DNA of 64,000 nucleotides from NCBI RefSeq assembly GCF_006345805.1, contig NC_043003.1:43214001-43278000 (forward strand), read 5' to 3'. Positions 52,092-64,000 of this stretch are shown here, piece by piece. Within the stretch, counting starts at the first letter, position 1. Every line of letters starts with the position of its first letter. The notes below the pieces were generated by a model. That model searched no databases and was not told where the DNA came from. It saw nothing but the letters and a program-made list of their open reading frames with translations. The translations under genes and the position numbers were made by a program. This stretch comes from Octopus sinensis (taxonomy: Eukaryota).

Positions 52092-54136
52092 GTGTGTGTG
52101 TGTGTGTGTGTGTGTGTATGTCTGTGTGAGTGTGTGTGTATATCTATTTGTATCTACGTATGTAGGTAGGTAAGTATGCTGAAGCACATTAAATTTCTTG
52201 AACAATGAGACTTGAACTCTCGCTATGAAATGAATTCTTTTATTTTCTGGCAGAACTTAAGATAAATTAATGAAAGTAAAGCTTAAACTATTATAATAAA
52301 TGAAGAATTAATTCATATTTGTGTAATTGGATTTATCTATAAGTTTCATTACAAGTTGACTAATCTTGCGTATCTTTTGAGTAGGTATTTGGTAGGAAAT
52401 AATAATTTTGTTTATCTCTATATTCTATTAGCATCTATTAAAACGATATAAACATTGGAAAGCAAATAATCCTTCATAATGGGTCTTGAAATTGTGACCA
52501 CCATAGCTTTTGTGATTCTTTACACCCCACCCCCGCATCTTCTGTGATTCTTAACAATTGGATTACAAAAATGTGAAAGATTTTCCTCGTTCAATCAGGT
52601 GGAATATTTATCATTATCATCTACTGTAAACACTAAGTACCCATCTACTGTCTTCTACAGACACATGTCACATGCTTCAATGCGTGTCGGATTTAAAGTT
52701 TTTTTTTCTGTGTCATTCTTCTTTTAAATTATTGTCTAGAACGTAACATTTTTCACGTACGTGTAATATCTTCATAATATGCATCTTGACAAAATGTCCA
52801 AGTCATGTATTGATAGAAAGTAAACGTTTTAAAACATTATTTCCTTGTTTTCTTTAGCTATTATTTAATGTTATCTAGATGAAATGTGATAGTTATTCTG
52901 TAACTTTAATTCCTTTCCCGTATGATACGCTATTTTCTCAGCAATTATCCAGTAACAGCAATTTCATTATAGTTATTTTCTTCAGGTCTGTTATACAGTA
53001 GGACAGGTATGTGCAAATGCAACGATGCCATGAACATCCCAAATTTGGGAGCGAGCGACACACACTGTGATTAAAAAAGACTAGTCTGGGCGATATATAT
53101 TTATGATGCTCGTAGGAGACGCTTTGACACAGCTGTGATAAGAATCACAACTGAAATAAAATACAAAAGCAAGTAAAGTAGCAGTACTCAAATCTGAGGA
53201 ACTGTTGCTAATACCGACATACAACGCGGGGTGTGTGTGTGCTTAAAATGAATGTTGCAAAGGTGCCGCTAGAAGTGGATTTTTTCACTCTTGGTGGCAA
53301 CCGTATTATACTGCATAAAGTATAAGTCACTTTTCTAAGTGCACAAAATGGGGAAGGAAAATTGGTCAGGCACTTCAATGGAATTATTGACACAGAACGA
53401 TTAGAGGAGTATTGAGGTCATCCCGCATCTGATTAATTTCTCTAATGGTACACAGCTATTCGTAACATTCTATAGGGAAAAAATATGAGATGTCGCATTT
53501 GTGGTGAGACAAAACACTTGAATATTTTCTATTCCAAGCAATGAATAGGGAAAGCATCACTGCCACAAATACATGTAACTCAACACCAGTATTAAAATCA
53601 GATCAGCAGCACCAACGACAATACTAACAGCAGTAGTGCTCAGAGTAGCAGCATCCAAAACAAAAACAGCATTAACAGATGGAGCTGCAAAAGAGATCCA
53701 CTGAACAACGTCAACAACGAACACCGGTAACCTAAACGAAAGAAACTATAATATCACCTGTACAATCGCAACCAAAATAATTTTCGCACGCACAAATCGA
53801 CCAGGTCACCTTCTTACCTTGCAAACTTATTGCTCTTCTGGCCGCAGATTTCTCTGACTGTGAAAATCCGTCTGGTGAAGTAAAGAGTTTGGGAAAATCT
53901 TTCAGAATGGATATTAGACGAGGCAAAAATGAAACAAAGATTTAAAATTGGAAAGCATGGTACAAGACCTAAAATGAGAAATCTAGTGGAAGAAACACAG
54001 AAAACAGCATTCCTACACATTCAACCATGCAAGAGCTTTGCGATGATTTTTGTCATTGCTAACACACAAGGAAGTTGCATATATTCTATGTGCTCTTACA
54101 AGCAAATTTCCATTCACAATCTAACGAACTTGCAAC

Positions 54137-54440
54137 CATCGTGAGGTTGTGAGCTCGAATCCCGGACCGGGCTGCGTGTTGTGTTCTCGAGCAAGGCACT
54201 TTATTTCACGTTGCTCCAGTTCACTCAGCTGTAGAAATGAGTTGCGACGTCACAGGTGCCAAGCTGTATCGTCCTTTGTCTTTCCCTTGGATAACACTGG
54301 TGGCGTGGAGAGGGGAGGCTGGTATGCATGGGTGACTGCTAGCCTTCCATAAACAACCTTGCCCGGACTTGTGTCTAGGAGGGTAACTTTCTAGGTGCAA
54401 TCCCATGGTCATTCATGACCGAAGGGGGTCTTTACCCTTT
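54137..54440 (+). mobile_element. 5'-truncated tRNA-derived SINE
   Basis: B box GCTCGAATCCC, core GTTCTCGAGCAAGGCACTTT...GCTCCAGTTCACTCAGCTG, distinct 3' body ending at (TA)n. Confidence 0.8.
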
Positions 54441-54639
54441 ATATATATATATATATACATTCATATGTGTGTGTAAGTGAGCGTGTGTGTGTGTGTAATG
54501 AATAAATTCGATGATAATAAATGGAATCAACCTAGAAGCTGGTTTTACTATCTAGTTTCTAACGAGAATCACAACACCATATAACTCTGACAAAACTCCA
54601 CTTCTGGTTTCCTCCAAACAAATCCGTACGAGTTTCTCT

Positions 54640-55150
54640 ACATTCTTTTAGAAAATCGACTTGGAGTACTTACGTGAGGTAAACACCGATGTACTATTCG
54701 AACCATGTGTCTTAAGCATCTTCTGCTTGTCCTTCTTTTGCATTTTTTCACCCTTTATACAGTATCTGCCGTCAGCCATATCGCACTTATTAATTTGCTC
54801 CTCGTCTATGAATGATGACGGGCTAGTATTATTGAGAGAATAGGAATCTGGCTACCTCCTGCTCGATACTTTTCTGGTTGTCATCAGCTGATGCCATGGA
54901 CAACCCGAGATTTTCGGTTATCCTTGACACAGAAACGTTAATTTTCTGTAAAAATGGGTTTCTGTACTCTAATTTGTGCTTCCCATTCTACCATTTACCT
55001 TTCATTTCCTTTGCAATTCCTCGAAGCACGAAGTCCTCAGATGTCACTTACTACCTCATATGTGACTGTTTGCCATTTTGCACTGCATCATCAGAAGTAT
55101 CACACATGAAGCTGCCTCTATAATTAAGTAGAGCTCTTAGGTATTTATGG
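54640..55150 (-). mobile_element. Very decayed RTE-like RT relic
   Basis: ATTAATAAGTGCGATATGGCTGACGGC can be read as a decayed INNLRYADD. Weak. Confidence 0.25.
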
Positions 55151-55786
55151 ATGCTGGAGATCATCAGGCCTAGTTTTATTTGGTTATAACATTCGACCAT
55201 ATTATATCAGTTTTCGTCAATTCGGCATATATATAGTCTATTCTTTATCTGCTAGTAGGCCATGATAGGCTGAATGTTGGTTCATATTAAGAATTTCTGT
55301 ATGGTTCACAACATCAGCAACTAATTTGTTCCCAAATTTCTTGCTTTTGGTATTTGTGAAATTATATTTTTCTTGCAGTTTTCTTATTTGTTTAGCATTG
55401 TTCAAATTTTATCATTTTCCCTTTTATTCTTGTGTTTTATTAAATCCATGTTATTGCTTGTAGTATTTTCGATAGAATATTCAAAATTCTTAGAGGCGTT
55501 TAGCCGGAGGTAGAATTTGTTTTGTTGCAGAACTGAACGAAAGTTTACAAAATAAAATAGATATAAATGTTGGAACAGGATTCTCGGTTTTTCGAAATCC
55601 TAATAATAGTAACACAATATTTTTATTTCCTAATAAAACAGGGTAATTCAACTATTCTACGAATCTGTGACAGAGGCACCAACTCTTCTGAAAGCACAGC
55701 AGCATCAAAACAAGTACAGCCCAAGAAACACTGACAATGACATCAGTAGCAGAGACGATAACAGCAACAACGACGATAATAACAAT

Positions 55787-56190
55787 AATGGTTTCAAATT
55801 TTGGCACAAGAGCAGGGAGAGGATTAAGTCGATTAGATCGATCCCGCCAGCTCGTAGCTGTTACTTATTTAATCGACCTGGAAAAGATGAAAGGCAAAGT
55901 CGTCTTCGGTGTAATTTGAACACTGAACGTAGCGACGGGCGAAATGCCTATTTCTTTTCCACCTACAAGGGGCTAAACACAGAGAGGACAAACAAGGACA
56001 GACAAACGGATTAAGTCGATTATATCGACCCCAGTGCGTAACTGGTACTTATTTAATCGACCCTGAGAGGATGAAAGGCAAAGTCGACCTCGGCGGCATT
56101 TGAACTCAGAACGTAGCGGCAGACGAAATACCTATTTCTTTACTACCCACAAGGGGCTAAACACAGAAAGGACAAAGAAGGACAGACAAA
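55787..56190 (-). mobile_element. Head-to-tail multimer of A-box-less SINE units
   Basis: Repeated [AAGTCGATTA...ATGAAAGGCAAAGTCG...GAAAT(A/G)|CCTATTTC...CAAGGGGCTAAACACAG] units with junctions at 55946/55947 and 56130/56131. Confidence 0.85.
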
Positions 56191-56407
56191 TTTTATCCTT
56201 ACCTGATATAAGCCGAAGTTAATAAATTCACCATTCAAAATAGTTTCAAAGGCAGGGTTAATAATAATAATTTCTACGCAGGAATATTTAGATGAATATC
56301 ATGAGAGCTTTTTTTTAATCTTAAATTCTTGTTGTTTTAGATCTATGTATAGATGAATGTGTATATGTAAGTATATTGTAAAGTGTTAATAAGTATTTAT
56401 AATATAT

Positions 56408-56457
<50 letters not shown>

Positions 56458-56689
56458 AAAAATATGTTACTTATATTTAATTTCTGAACGGGTTTGCTGC
56501 AGTTTGTTTCTGTAGTTTGATTTCTTTATCCACCAATTTCTACTAAGATAGTGACGCGGGTAAAATTAATAATAGAGAAACGACAATAAAACTTTGGAAA
56601 CAGCCTAACGGGTGATAATTAAGAAATACTTAAAAGTCGACGTAAGATCGTAATCACGTAAATAAAGTAAATATAGCAAATAATCCAGA

Positions 56690-56879
56690 ATCCTCATCAG
56701 TTACCAGATCGATCCCAAAATCTAATCAGTTTGTGCCATTCACGAGGCCAAACATCCCTGAAAGTTTCTTCCGAATCTATCCAACGGTTCTTGTATATTG
56801 TCAACGGACAAATAAACAAACAGACAAACAAACACGACTGAAAACAATACCTCTGCCTTCACTAAAGCGGAGGTAATAA
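56690..56879 (-). mobile_element. Helentron/HINE-like element end
   Basis: Minus strand begins TTATTACCTCCGC...GCAGAGGTATTGTTTTC (terminal hairpin), followed by GTTT/GTCT repeats. The left boundary is uncertain. Confidence 0.4.
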
Positions 56880-59800
56880 GTTATTTATTAATACCAAATT
56901 CCTATTGACTTTCAGACCACAAAGTAAAATATGAGGCAAAGGTGCTCCAAATGGTTTAGAAATGGACAAAAATAAAAATATTTATAAGTGAATATTTTAA
57001 CAGTAATGAATGGAAATTGTTACACACACATGTCCTAACATATTTATATAAAATATGGAAAACAGCAATTTACTATAGTTATAATTATATATAAAGGAAA
57101 ATACACATAACCCGGTTACTCCATGCTGATATGTATGCAAATACGTGCGTTGGTATTTCTTTTGATATTATCAAATGATCCGTATATATATTTGCAATCA
57201 CAGTTAGTATATAATAACTTACACGGTAGGATACTTTGGATTTAATTTCCGAACTACGCATTGAAGCTTTTACAAAATGAAATAGTTTAAGCAGTAGGAC
57301 ATATACATTCATTTTATTGCGCGTATGTTATTTTGATACAATAGCCCAAGTGATTTAATAAAAACAAAGCCGCTTCAAAATGTAAAGAAGTAGAGATCCC
57401 TATTCGAAGTGCTTATTTTCAAAATCCAACTGTGCATAAAAAATGCTTTTATATTATTTTTATTTCATCGAAACTGGCTGCTATATGACTTGGCACATAT
57501 TCTAAAGTGGTTGAATATATTCATGATTTTGAGTGTAAGATATATTTGTCAGTGGGAATTACTCAGTGGTGTAGCAGAAATTCCAGAATATCAAATTAAA
57601 TTACATGCATCTGTACGATAATGTGTCGATTTCAAATCCCATCTTTCCCTCTTTCCCTTCAAAGCTTGCAAAAATGAATAGTAACAAAAACAACTTTTCC
57701 GACAATCAATATATGTGACGTTCACTATACTAATGAGTAAAGCTCTGAGTAATTTCCTCATGTGTAATAATTTATGCCATCTTAATTTGTGTCAGATAAC
57801 TGCACGATATGTGAAACTTGGATTTCGTTCCTGTTGGATGTATATATTACTTCTTGTACTAAAGTTTTCTGTGCGACTTTTTTTACATGATAATTTTGGC
57901 AGCTTTTATAGTGATGTTTGATTCTATTGTTAATCCACACACATTGTGGTTCTCTCTTGTTTCTTGTCCAAATATGTTTAATATAGTCTTTCTCTGAAAG
58001 TCACAGTGTGTCTCGTTGGAATTAGTATCAATTGAAAAATATTTCAATTCCTGATGTTATAATCATACGCTCTATGTATCGTAATTGCAATCGTTGTAAT
58101 TTCAATGTTTGTCATTATTTTTGCTGCGTTTTATAACTACATCTTGCTATTCTCTTTACTTTCTCTAAAAATTATTTCGCAAATAGCTGATATGCATATT
58201 ACCTTATTTATTTACATTCAATTTCGTTTTACGCGTTAATAAAATGAATTAATATCTCATCCTAACAAGTATTTTAATGTTTGTTTTGTACCCTATCCAG
58301 TTCATTAATATCTGCATATTTTTACATGTGTGTTTCATGTAAATGTATTGACTATATTTCGATATCGTGATATTTCTGCTGGGAAACCTTCTCTTCAATG
58401 ATATTGAAATAATTCAGAGCAAAGGTTGAGAATCACGCACTCAACTCACTTGGTGACATGAAACACAACGTAAGAATTTCATGCATGTATATAATACTTT
58501 CCGGCATTGACCAAACTGGCTCGAATCATAGAATGTAAACATAAGGTGTTTTTTTATCATTTCAAATTTAGTTAACATTTTATTTCTAAAAGCACCCTAC
58601 ATTTTTACTGAATAGCAACCTGTTGATGTAAATATTTCCGAAAAATAGTAAAATCTCACGTTATCTATGAATTACCTACTATTAGTTACTGCAAAACAAT
58701 AGAGAATATGGCTGCTTGATGAACGCTGCAAAATACCAAGCGTGCAAGTAAAGGAATGGATCTAATTTTAATAGATACTTTGTACGGCAACACATAACTA
58801 TGTATTCAGCAAAAATATGTTAGTGCATGACAAAATATAATGTTAATACACAGAGAAGCAAAGTTTTGCGGTCAGATTCATACTGTGAAATAATTGAATA
58901 AGAGTCATTGTTCTCTTCAAAGAATTCAAAGTTCAGTTGTGTTGTAAAAAGTAGATTATATAATAAGGTAAATATTATCAGGAGAGAAAATATTATGGTA
59001 TTAGAAAAATTTATAAAAATATTTACGCAAGGAAATAAAAAAAGAATATCTGAGTATAAATTACTTGGGTAATATGTGGCACGTGGGGAGTGTGAATTTA
59101 AGTGTTCTCCAAAAAATGTACTACTTTTAATAAAATTAGTGCGAGAATCACACTATGAAAGAGTCTTGAGTACATACGAAATACGATAAAGTAAATGATA
59201 TATATCCAAAATACAGTTCCATATTCAAAGATAATAAGATTCACTATTTTATAAATGCATTTACATAACCTATATCCGACGTTTTTACTCAATCTACTAA
59301 GCGCAACACATAGACGCAGAAATAAATTCTTTCAAACACATTTGTATGAAGCTACATAATCGAAACAATACAAGTGCAATCGATTTAAAAAGGGATATTT
59401 TCAGTTTCTTCATCCGATAAAAGCAATTCAAAATATAGAATAAGAGATTGCTTTATATATATATATATATATAAAACATTACAATCTCTTTCATAGTTAC
59501 GCCTTTTTATGTCTGTTGGCGGTGGGGCGAATTCGTACGGAATCCTTAGCATTTTCAATTATAAATATGAAAAGCTTTCTAGAAATTACACACACACATA
59601 CACAGAATCTCTCTCTCTCTCTCTCTCACACACACACGCGCATTCACATACACAACCATAACACACATACGTATATATTCCTTTAAGCTACTTTTGAAAT
59701 TATTTGTACATCGATTATGTCATTTTCTGTCTGTCTTAATCTCTATCCATAATTTACTCAATCTATTGGCCTACATACCTATCTACTACAGATTATTTTT

Positions 59801-59902
59801 TATACATCTAATGGATTGCACTTAATCTATTTAACTGTCTTCTCTCTGCCATTACCATATATTTATTTTCCAGCTCATCTCCCTCCCTTTCCGCATCCCC
59901 AT

Positions 59903-59975
59903 AATTCATATATACATACATACATACATACATACATACATACATACATACATACATACATACATACATACATGT
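59903..59975. repeat. (CATA)n microsatellite
   Basis: Direct reading. Confidence 0.97.
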
Positions 59976-60689
59976 ATATATGTATGTGTGTCTGCGTGTG
60001 AGTGTGGGTGAATATGCCTCTCTGTGTGTGTATGTGTATGTATGTATATTTCCTATTTCTTAGTGTTATATCTGATACTGCTTTTTACTTCAAAAGACCA
60101 AACAAGCGGCTTTAAGTATGTTTACCTTTCGCTAGCCGTGACTTAACTCATGACAACAGTTGCAGATGATAGAACCGACTCAATATCTTTGCCGTCATCT
60201 TCAACTTTTTGGTGCCAAGTATTATCAACTACTAAACCGCAATGCTAACTTCCTTCATATTTTTCTATATGTGAAATTCTTTTCCCACCAGAGCAATATT
60301 TTTTATATCTTTTTATAAAGTATTTGTTCTAATTTTAATGTTTTATATTTGTTCATTGAACACAAGGATATATTTCTGCCAACGATACATACATATATAC
60401 GTACAAACGAGGGGATACCTAAATATGAATGTAGCAGAATGTATACACACATCCATATACAAACAATCACACATACACACACATATATTTCAAAACATAA
60501 TTATATATATATACACACAAAGTGTATATCTATGTGCTATTATGCATTTTACAAGTATCACTACTCGACAAACAAAAGCAGTTACTTCTTCAAGAAACTG
60601 CTTCATCACATCACTTTGTAATAGTATGAGAAAAGCTAAAATACATACGCATACACAATAGATTTCCAATCGCTAAGAAAGAGTGTATA

Positions 60690-60704
60690 ACTATCTATCT
60701 ATCT

Positions 60705-60742
<38 letters not shown>

Positions 60743-60765
60743 ATATAATATATATATATATAATA

Positions 60766-60831
<66 letters not shown>

Positions 60832-60917
60832 GAAGGCTTTGAATGACCGTCTGTCTCTTATGTTCGTCCCTTCGTGTATTTCACGTTATTTATATATGTA
60901 AAGGTTTATTCTATATG

Positions 60918-60950
<33 letters not shown>

Positions 60951-60955
60951 GTATG

Positions 60956-60989
<34 letters not shown>

Positions 60990-60995
60990 ATATAT

Positions 60996-61059
<64 letters not shown>

Positions 61060-61065
61060 CATATA
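60690..61065. repeat. Two long (TA)n tracts
   Basis: Direct reading. Confidence 0.95.
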
Positions 61066-61173
61066 TACGACGGGCTTTCAGTTACCATCTAGCAAATCTA
61101 CTCACAAGGCTTTGGGTGGCCCGAGGCAATAGTAGTAGACACTTGCCCGATGTGCCACGCAGTGGGACTGAAC
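61066..61173 (-). mobile_element. Fragment of the CORE-type SINE
   Basis: Matches 63607-63718 in reverse. Truncated just outside the B box. Confidence 0.85.
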
Positions 61174-62161
61174 TACATTTAAAATTATAAATGGCTTAGT
61201 CAAAGCTTAAAAAGAAAACGTTAATTGGAATTAGAAAATATTTGCCGTATCCCACAGTTGTGCTTTTTGTGTATAACTTATCATTCATTTCTTTAGAACC
61301 CGGTTGATTTGAATGCTCGTTAGCAAATGTTTTTTTTATGAGTTACTATTCATATATGATGATTTGTGAAGACACAGATCAATAGCGATCCTTATGATAA
61401 TAATTTGAGAGAAGACATTATAATCTATAGGTTAATTAAGAGGGATATCACCACGGCGGAAGGTGTTTCAAATTGGATGACTAAATAGATATAGGCTTAG
61501 GTAGACTATCTCTGGTATAAATTTATATATTTGAAAACTTTCGAGTCGTTTTTACTCTCAACTGTAGTTTGAAACATCGTTGTCATTGGTTTTAGAAATA
61601 TTATATGGCACAATTTAGAAGAAAAACACGGGTGTCATTAATATTTCTTGCAATTTTGCAACATTATTAAATTGGCTATGAATCATTGGTTTCTTCAATA
61701 CCAATGGCGCCAGTTGTGTGTATATGGGTAAAGAAATTATTTGATTAGGGGAATCACTATTCTGGTTAATTGGTTATAGACAGTGAAGATTAAGTTTTGT
61801 ATTTTCTTAAATTCGGACGTTTGTTCGTGTCTGTATTTCGTCTCGATCAGTGATTGGAAACAATGTGATTTCGCATATACGTAACAATAAATATTGAATT
61901 ATTTATATTCATGTTATTGAGATATTTTCAAGCCGACTTTGAACGAAAACAAAAATTTTCAATTTTCTAAATATTTCCCGAATTCTGAATTTTAATTTTC
62001 TTTAGTAATTGTATTTGCCAGTCTGTTCTTTAATCTGTGAACAATATCACGCACTCCCTGGTCATGGATATTTAGTTTAAATACTAGTTATTATATGTGA
62101 ATATAATATTTCAACTACTAAATATTCCTGATACATAGTGTTCTGCATTTTTATATAGAAA

Positions 62162-62559
62162 AATATTTTTTGTACTACAGGCACAAGGCCCGAAATTTTG
62201 GGAGAGAGGGCCAATCGATTAGATCGACCCCAGTACGCAACTGGTACTTAATTTAATCGACCCTGGAAGGATGAAAGGCAAAGGCGATCTCTGTGGAATT
62301 TGAACTCAGATCGTAAAGACATACGAAATCCATTTTTCTTTACTGCCAAGAAGGGCCTAAATACAGAGGGGACAAACAAACGTATTAAGTCGATTACATC
62401 GATCCCACTGCGTAACTGGTACTTAATTTATCGACCCCGAAAGGATGAAAAGCAAAGTTGACCTCGGCGGAATTTGAACTCTGAACGTAACGGTAGACGA
62501 AATACGGCTACGTATTTCACCCGGCCGGCGTGCTTACGTTTCTGCCAGCTCGCCGTCTT
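62162..62559 (-). mobile_element. Dimeric SINE (full head monomer plus A-box-less monomer)
   Basis: Head AAGACGGCGAGCTGGCAGAAACG, B box GTTCAAATTCC, central GGTCAACTTTGCTTTTCATCCTTTCGGGGTCGAT. The junction is at 62330/62331. Confidence 0.85.
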
Positions 62560-62571
62560 AAATTCATTGAC

Positions 62572-62792
62572 AAATATTCTTTTCTACTCTGGGAACAAGG
62601 CCCTAAATTTGGGATGAAGGGGTAAATCGATTAGATCGACCTCAGTACGCAACTGGTACTTAATTTATCGACCCCGAAAGGATGAAAGGCAAAGTCGACC
62701 TCGGCGGAATTTGAATTCAGAAAGTAAAGACAGTCGAAATATTACTAAGCATGTCGCCTGGCGTGCTAACGTTTCGACCAGCTCGCCGCCTT
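62572..62792 (-). mobile_element. Monomeric SINE of the same family
   Basis: AAGGCGGCGAGCTGGTCG head through CCTTGTTCCCAGAGTAGAAAAG tail. Confidence 0.88.
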
Positions 62793-63464
62793 ACCAAGAG
62801 AAAAATGTTGCGATCAGAATTTATATCAAGACTTCACTTGACATATTCTTCAAACTCCCTTATGAACGATGAAATGAAGTAAACGTAATGTGCAATGTAT
62901 ATCAATCTATTATATTTCTGCATGTATTGAAATCAGTGTAGTGATGTTTATAAATTTGGGGAGAACATTGGCAACGTAAATTCGATAACACGCAAATAGC
63001 CATGCTGCCATCATTGTAAGGAAGCGAAACATTTGTTGATAAATAGTAAATAGGTTCTGCAAAAATTCAATCTATCTTTAAATCATGCTTTGAAACAATA
63101 CACTTGGAGATTGCAATAAGATAACCTCAAATACCCAGAAAACGCTTAAATCTTTCATATCCACAGAGTTCCTACGTAAGTTCATATACCTTTAAGTAAT
63201 ATAACGTCAATTACATTTTTAAATTTCTATTTTTTATTCTCTATAACCATCATAAATTTATAATTGTTGTACAAATACTTCTATAACGAAAGTTAACGAA
63301 ATACAACATACATTGCTAACGTGAGAAACATATAATAAATCACGATATCAGACATACACTAGCCACAATTTTTAATATTAAAAAATGTTGTTGAATACTA
63401 CATGATCGATGAGAATACCTGTATAAGTTTCAACCTTCATACACTTTCTAAAAATCTATATATA

Positions 63465-63511
<47 letters not shown>

Positions 63512-63551
63512 TAGATATATGCAAAAATGTATATGTCTGTATGTATATAAT

Positions 63552-63955
63552 AGGCGCAGGAGTGGCTGTGTGGTAAGTAGCTCACTTGCCAACCACATGG
63601 TTCCGGGTTCAGTCCCACTGTGTGGCACCTTGGGCAAGTGTCTTCTTTTATAGCCTCGGGTCGACCAAAGCTTTGTGAGTGGATTTGGTAGACGGAAACT
63701 GAAAGAAGCCCGTCGTATATATGTATATATATATGTGTGTGTGTGTGTTTGTGTGTCTGTGTTTGTCCCTCCAACATCGCTCGACAACCGATGCTGGTGT
63801 GTTTACGTCGCCGTAACTTAGCGGTTCGGCAAAAAGAGACCGATAGAATAAGTACTGGGCTTACAAATAATAAGTCCCGGGGTCGACTTGCTCGATTAAA
63901 GGCGGTGCTCCAGCATGGCCGCAGTCAAATGACTGAAACAAATAAAAGAGTAAAG
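63552..63955 (+). mobile_element. Full-length tRNA-derived CORE-type SINE
   Basis: A box TGGCTGTGTGG, B box GGTTCAGTCCC, core GGCACCTTGGGCAAGTGTCTT, internal (TA)(GT) tract, AAGAGTAAAG tail. Confidence 0.92.
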
Positions 63956-64000
63956 GGTATATATGTAAATATGTATATGTCTATGTATATAATATGTATT

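Noticed and set aside
55787-56190. Regularly spaced repeats that could suggest a CRISPR-like array
   Set aside because: Units are ~185 bp SINE modules with homologous, not unique, intervening sequence, in a eukaryotic context with no cas genes.
58703-58766. RIWLLDERCKIP resembling the myosin LLDEECK.P motif
   Set aside because: Bounded by stops, with no pyrimidine-rich acceptor and no other myosin motifs. Likely chance.

Overview
Eukaryotic, AT-rich and almost entirely repeat-derived DNA. The SINE families and dense (TA)n/(ATCT)n/(CA)n/trinucleotide microsatellites resemble an octopus (cephalopod) genome; this is inference from pattern recognition. I find no intact host protein-coding gene, so the window is intergenic or inside a very large intron. 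It contains a near full-length but frameshifted RTE-clade LINE (351-4142, minus) sitting in (TA)n. The 5' end of that LINE folds into an HDV-like ribozyme. It also contains a Penelope-like GIY-YIG fragment (39286-40151, minus) with a minimal hammerhead ribozyme that has a U3-A8 compensatory core. A full-length decayed piggyBac with TTAA duplications splits an R4/Dong-clade LINE, which can be rejoined across the TTAA. Further content: more R4/Dong and CR1 relics, mariner, maT and pogo elements, two non-autonomous Helitrons, many tRNA-derived SINEs (some multimeric), several MITE-like hairpins and a 1.77 kb zero-spacer palindrome that may be an assembly artefact. Most ORFs in the supplied track are microsatellite translations. 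All alignments, folds and identities were judged by eye.
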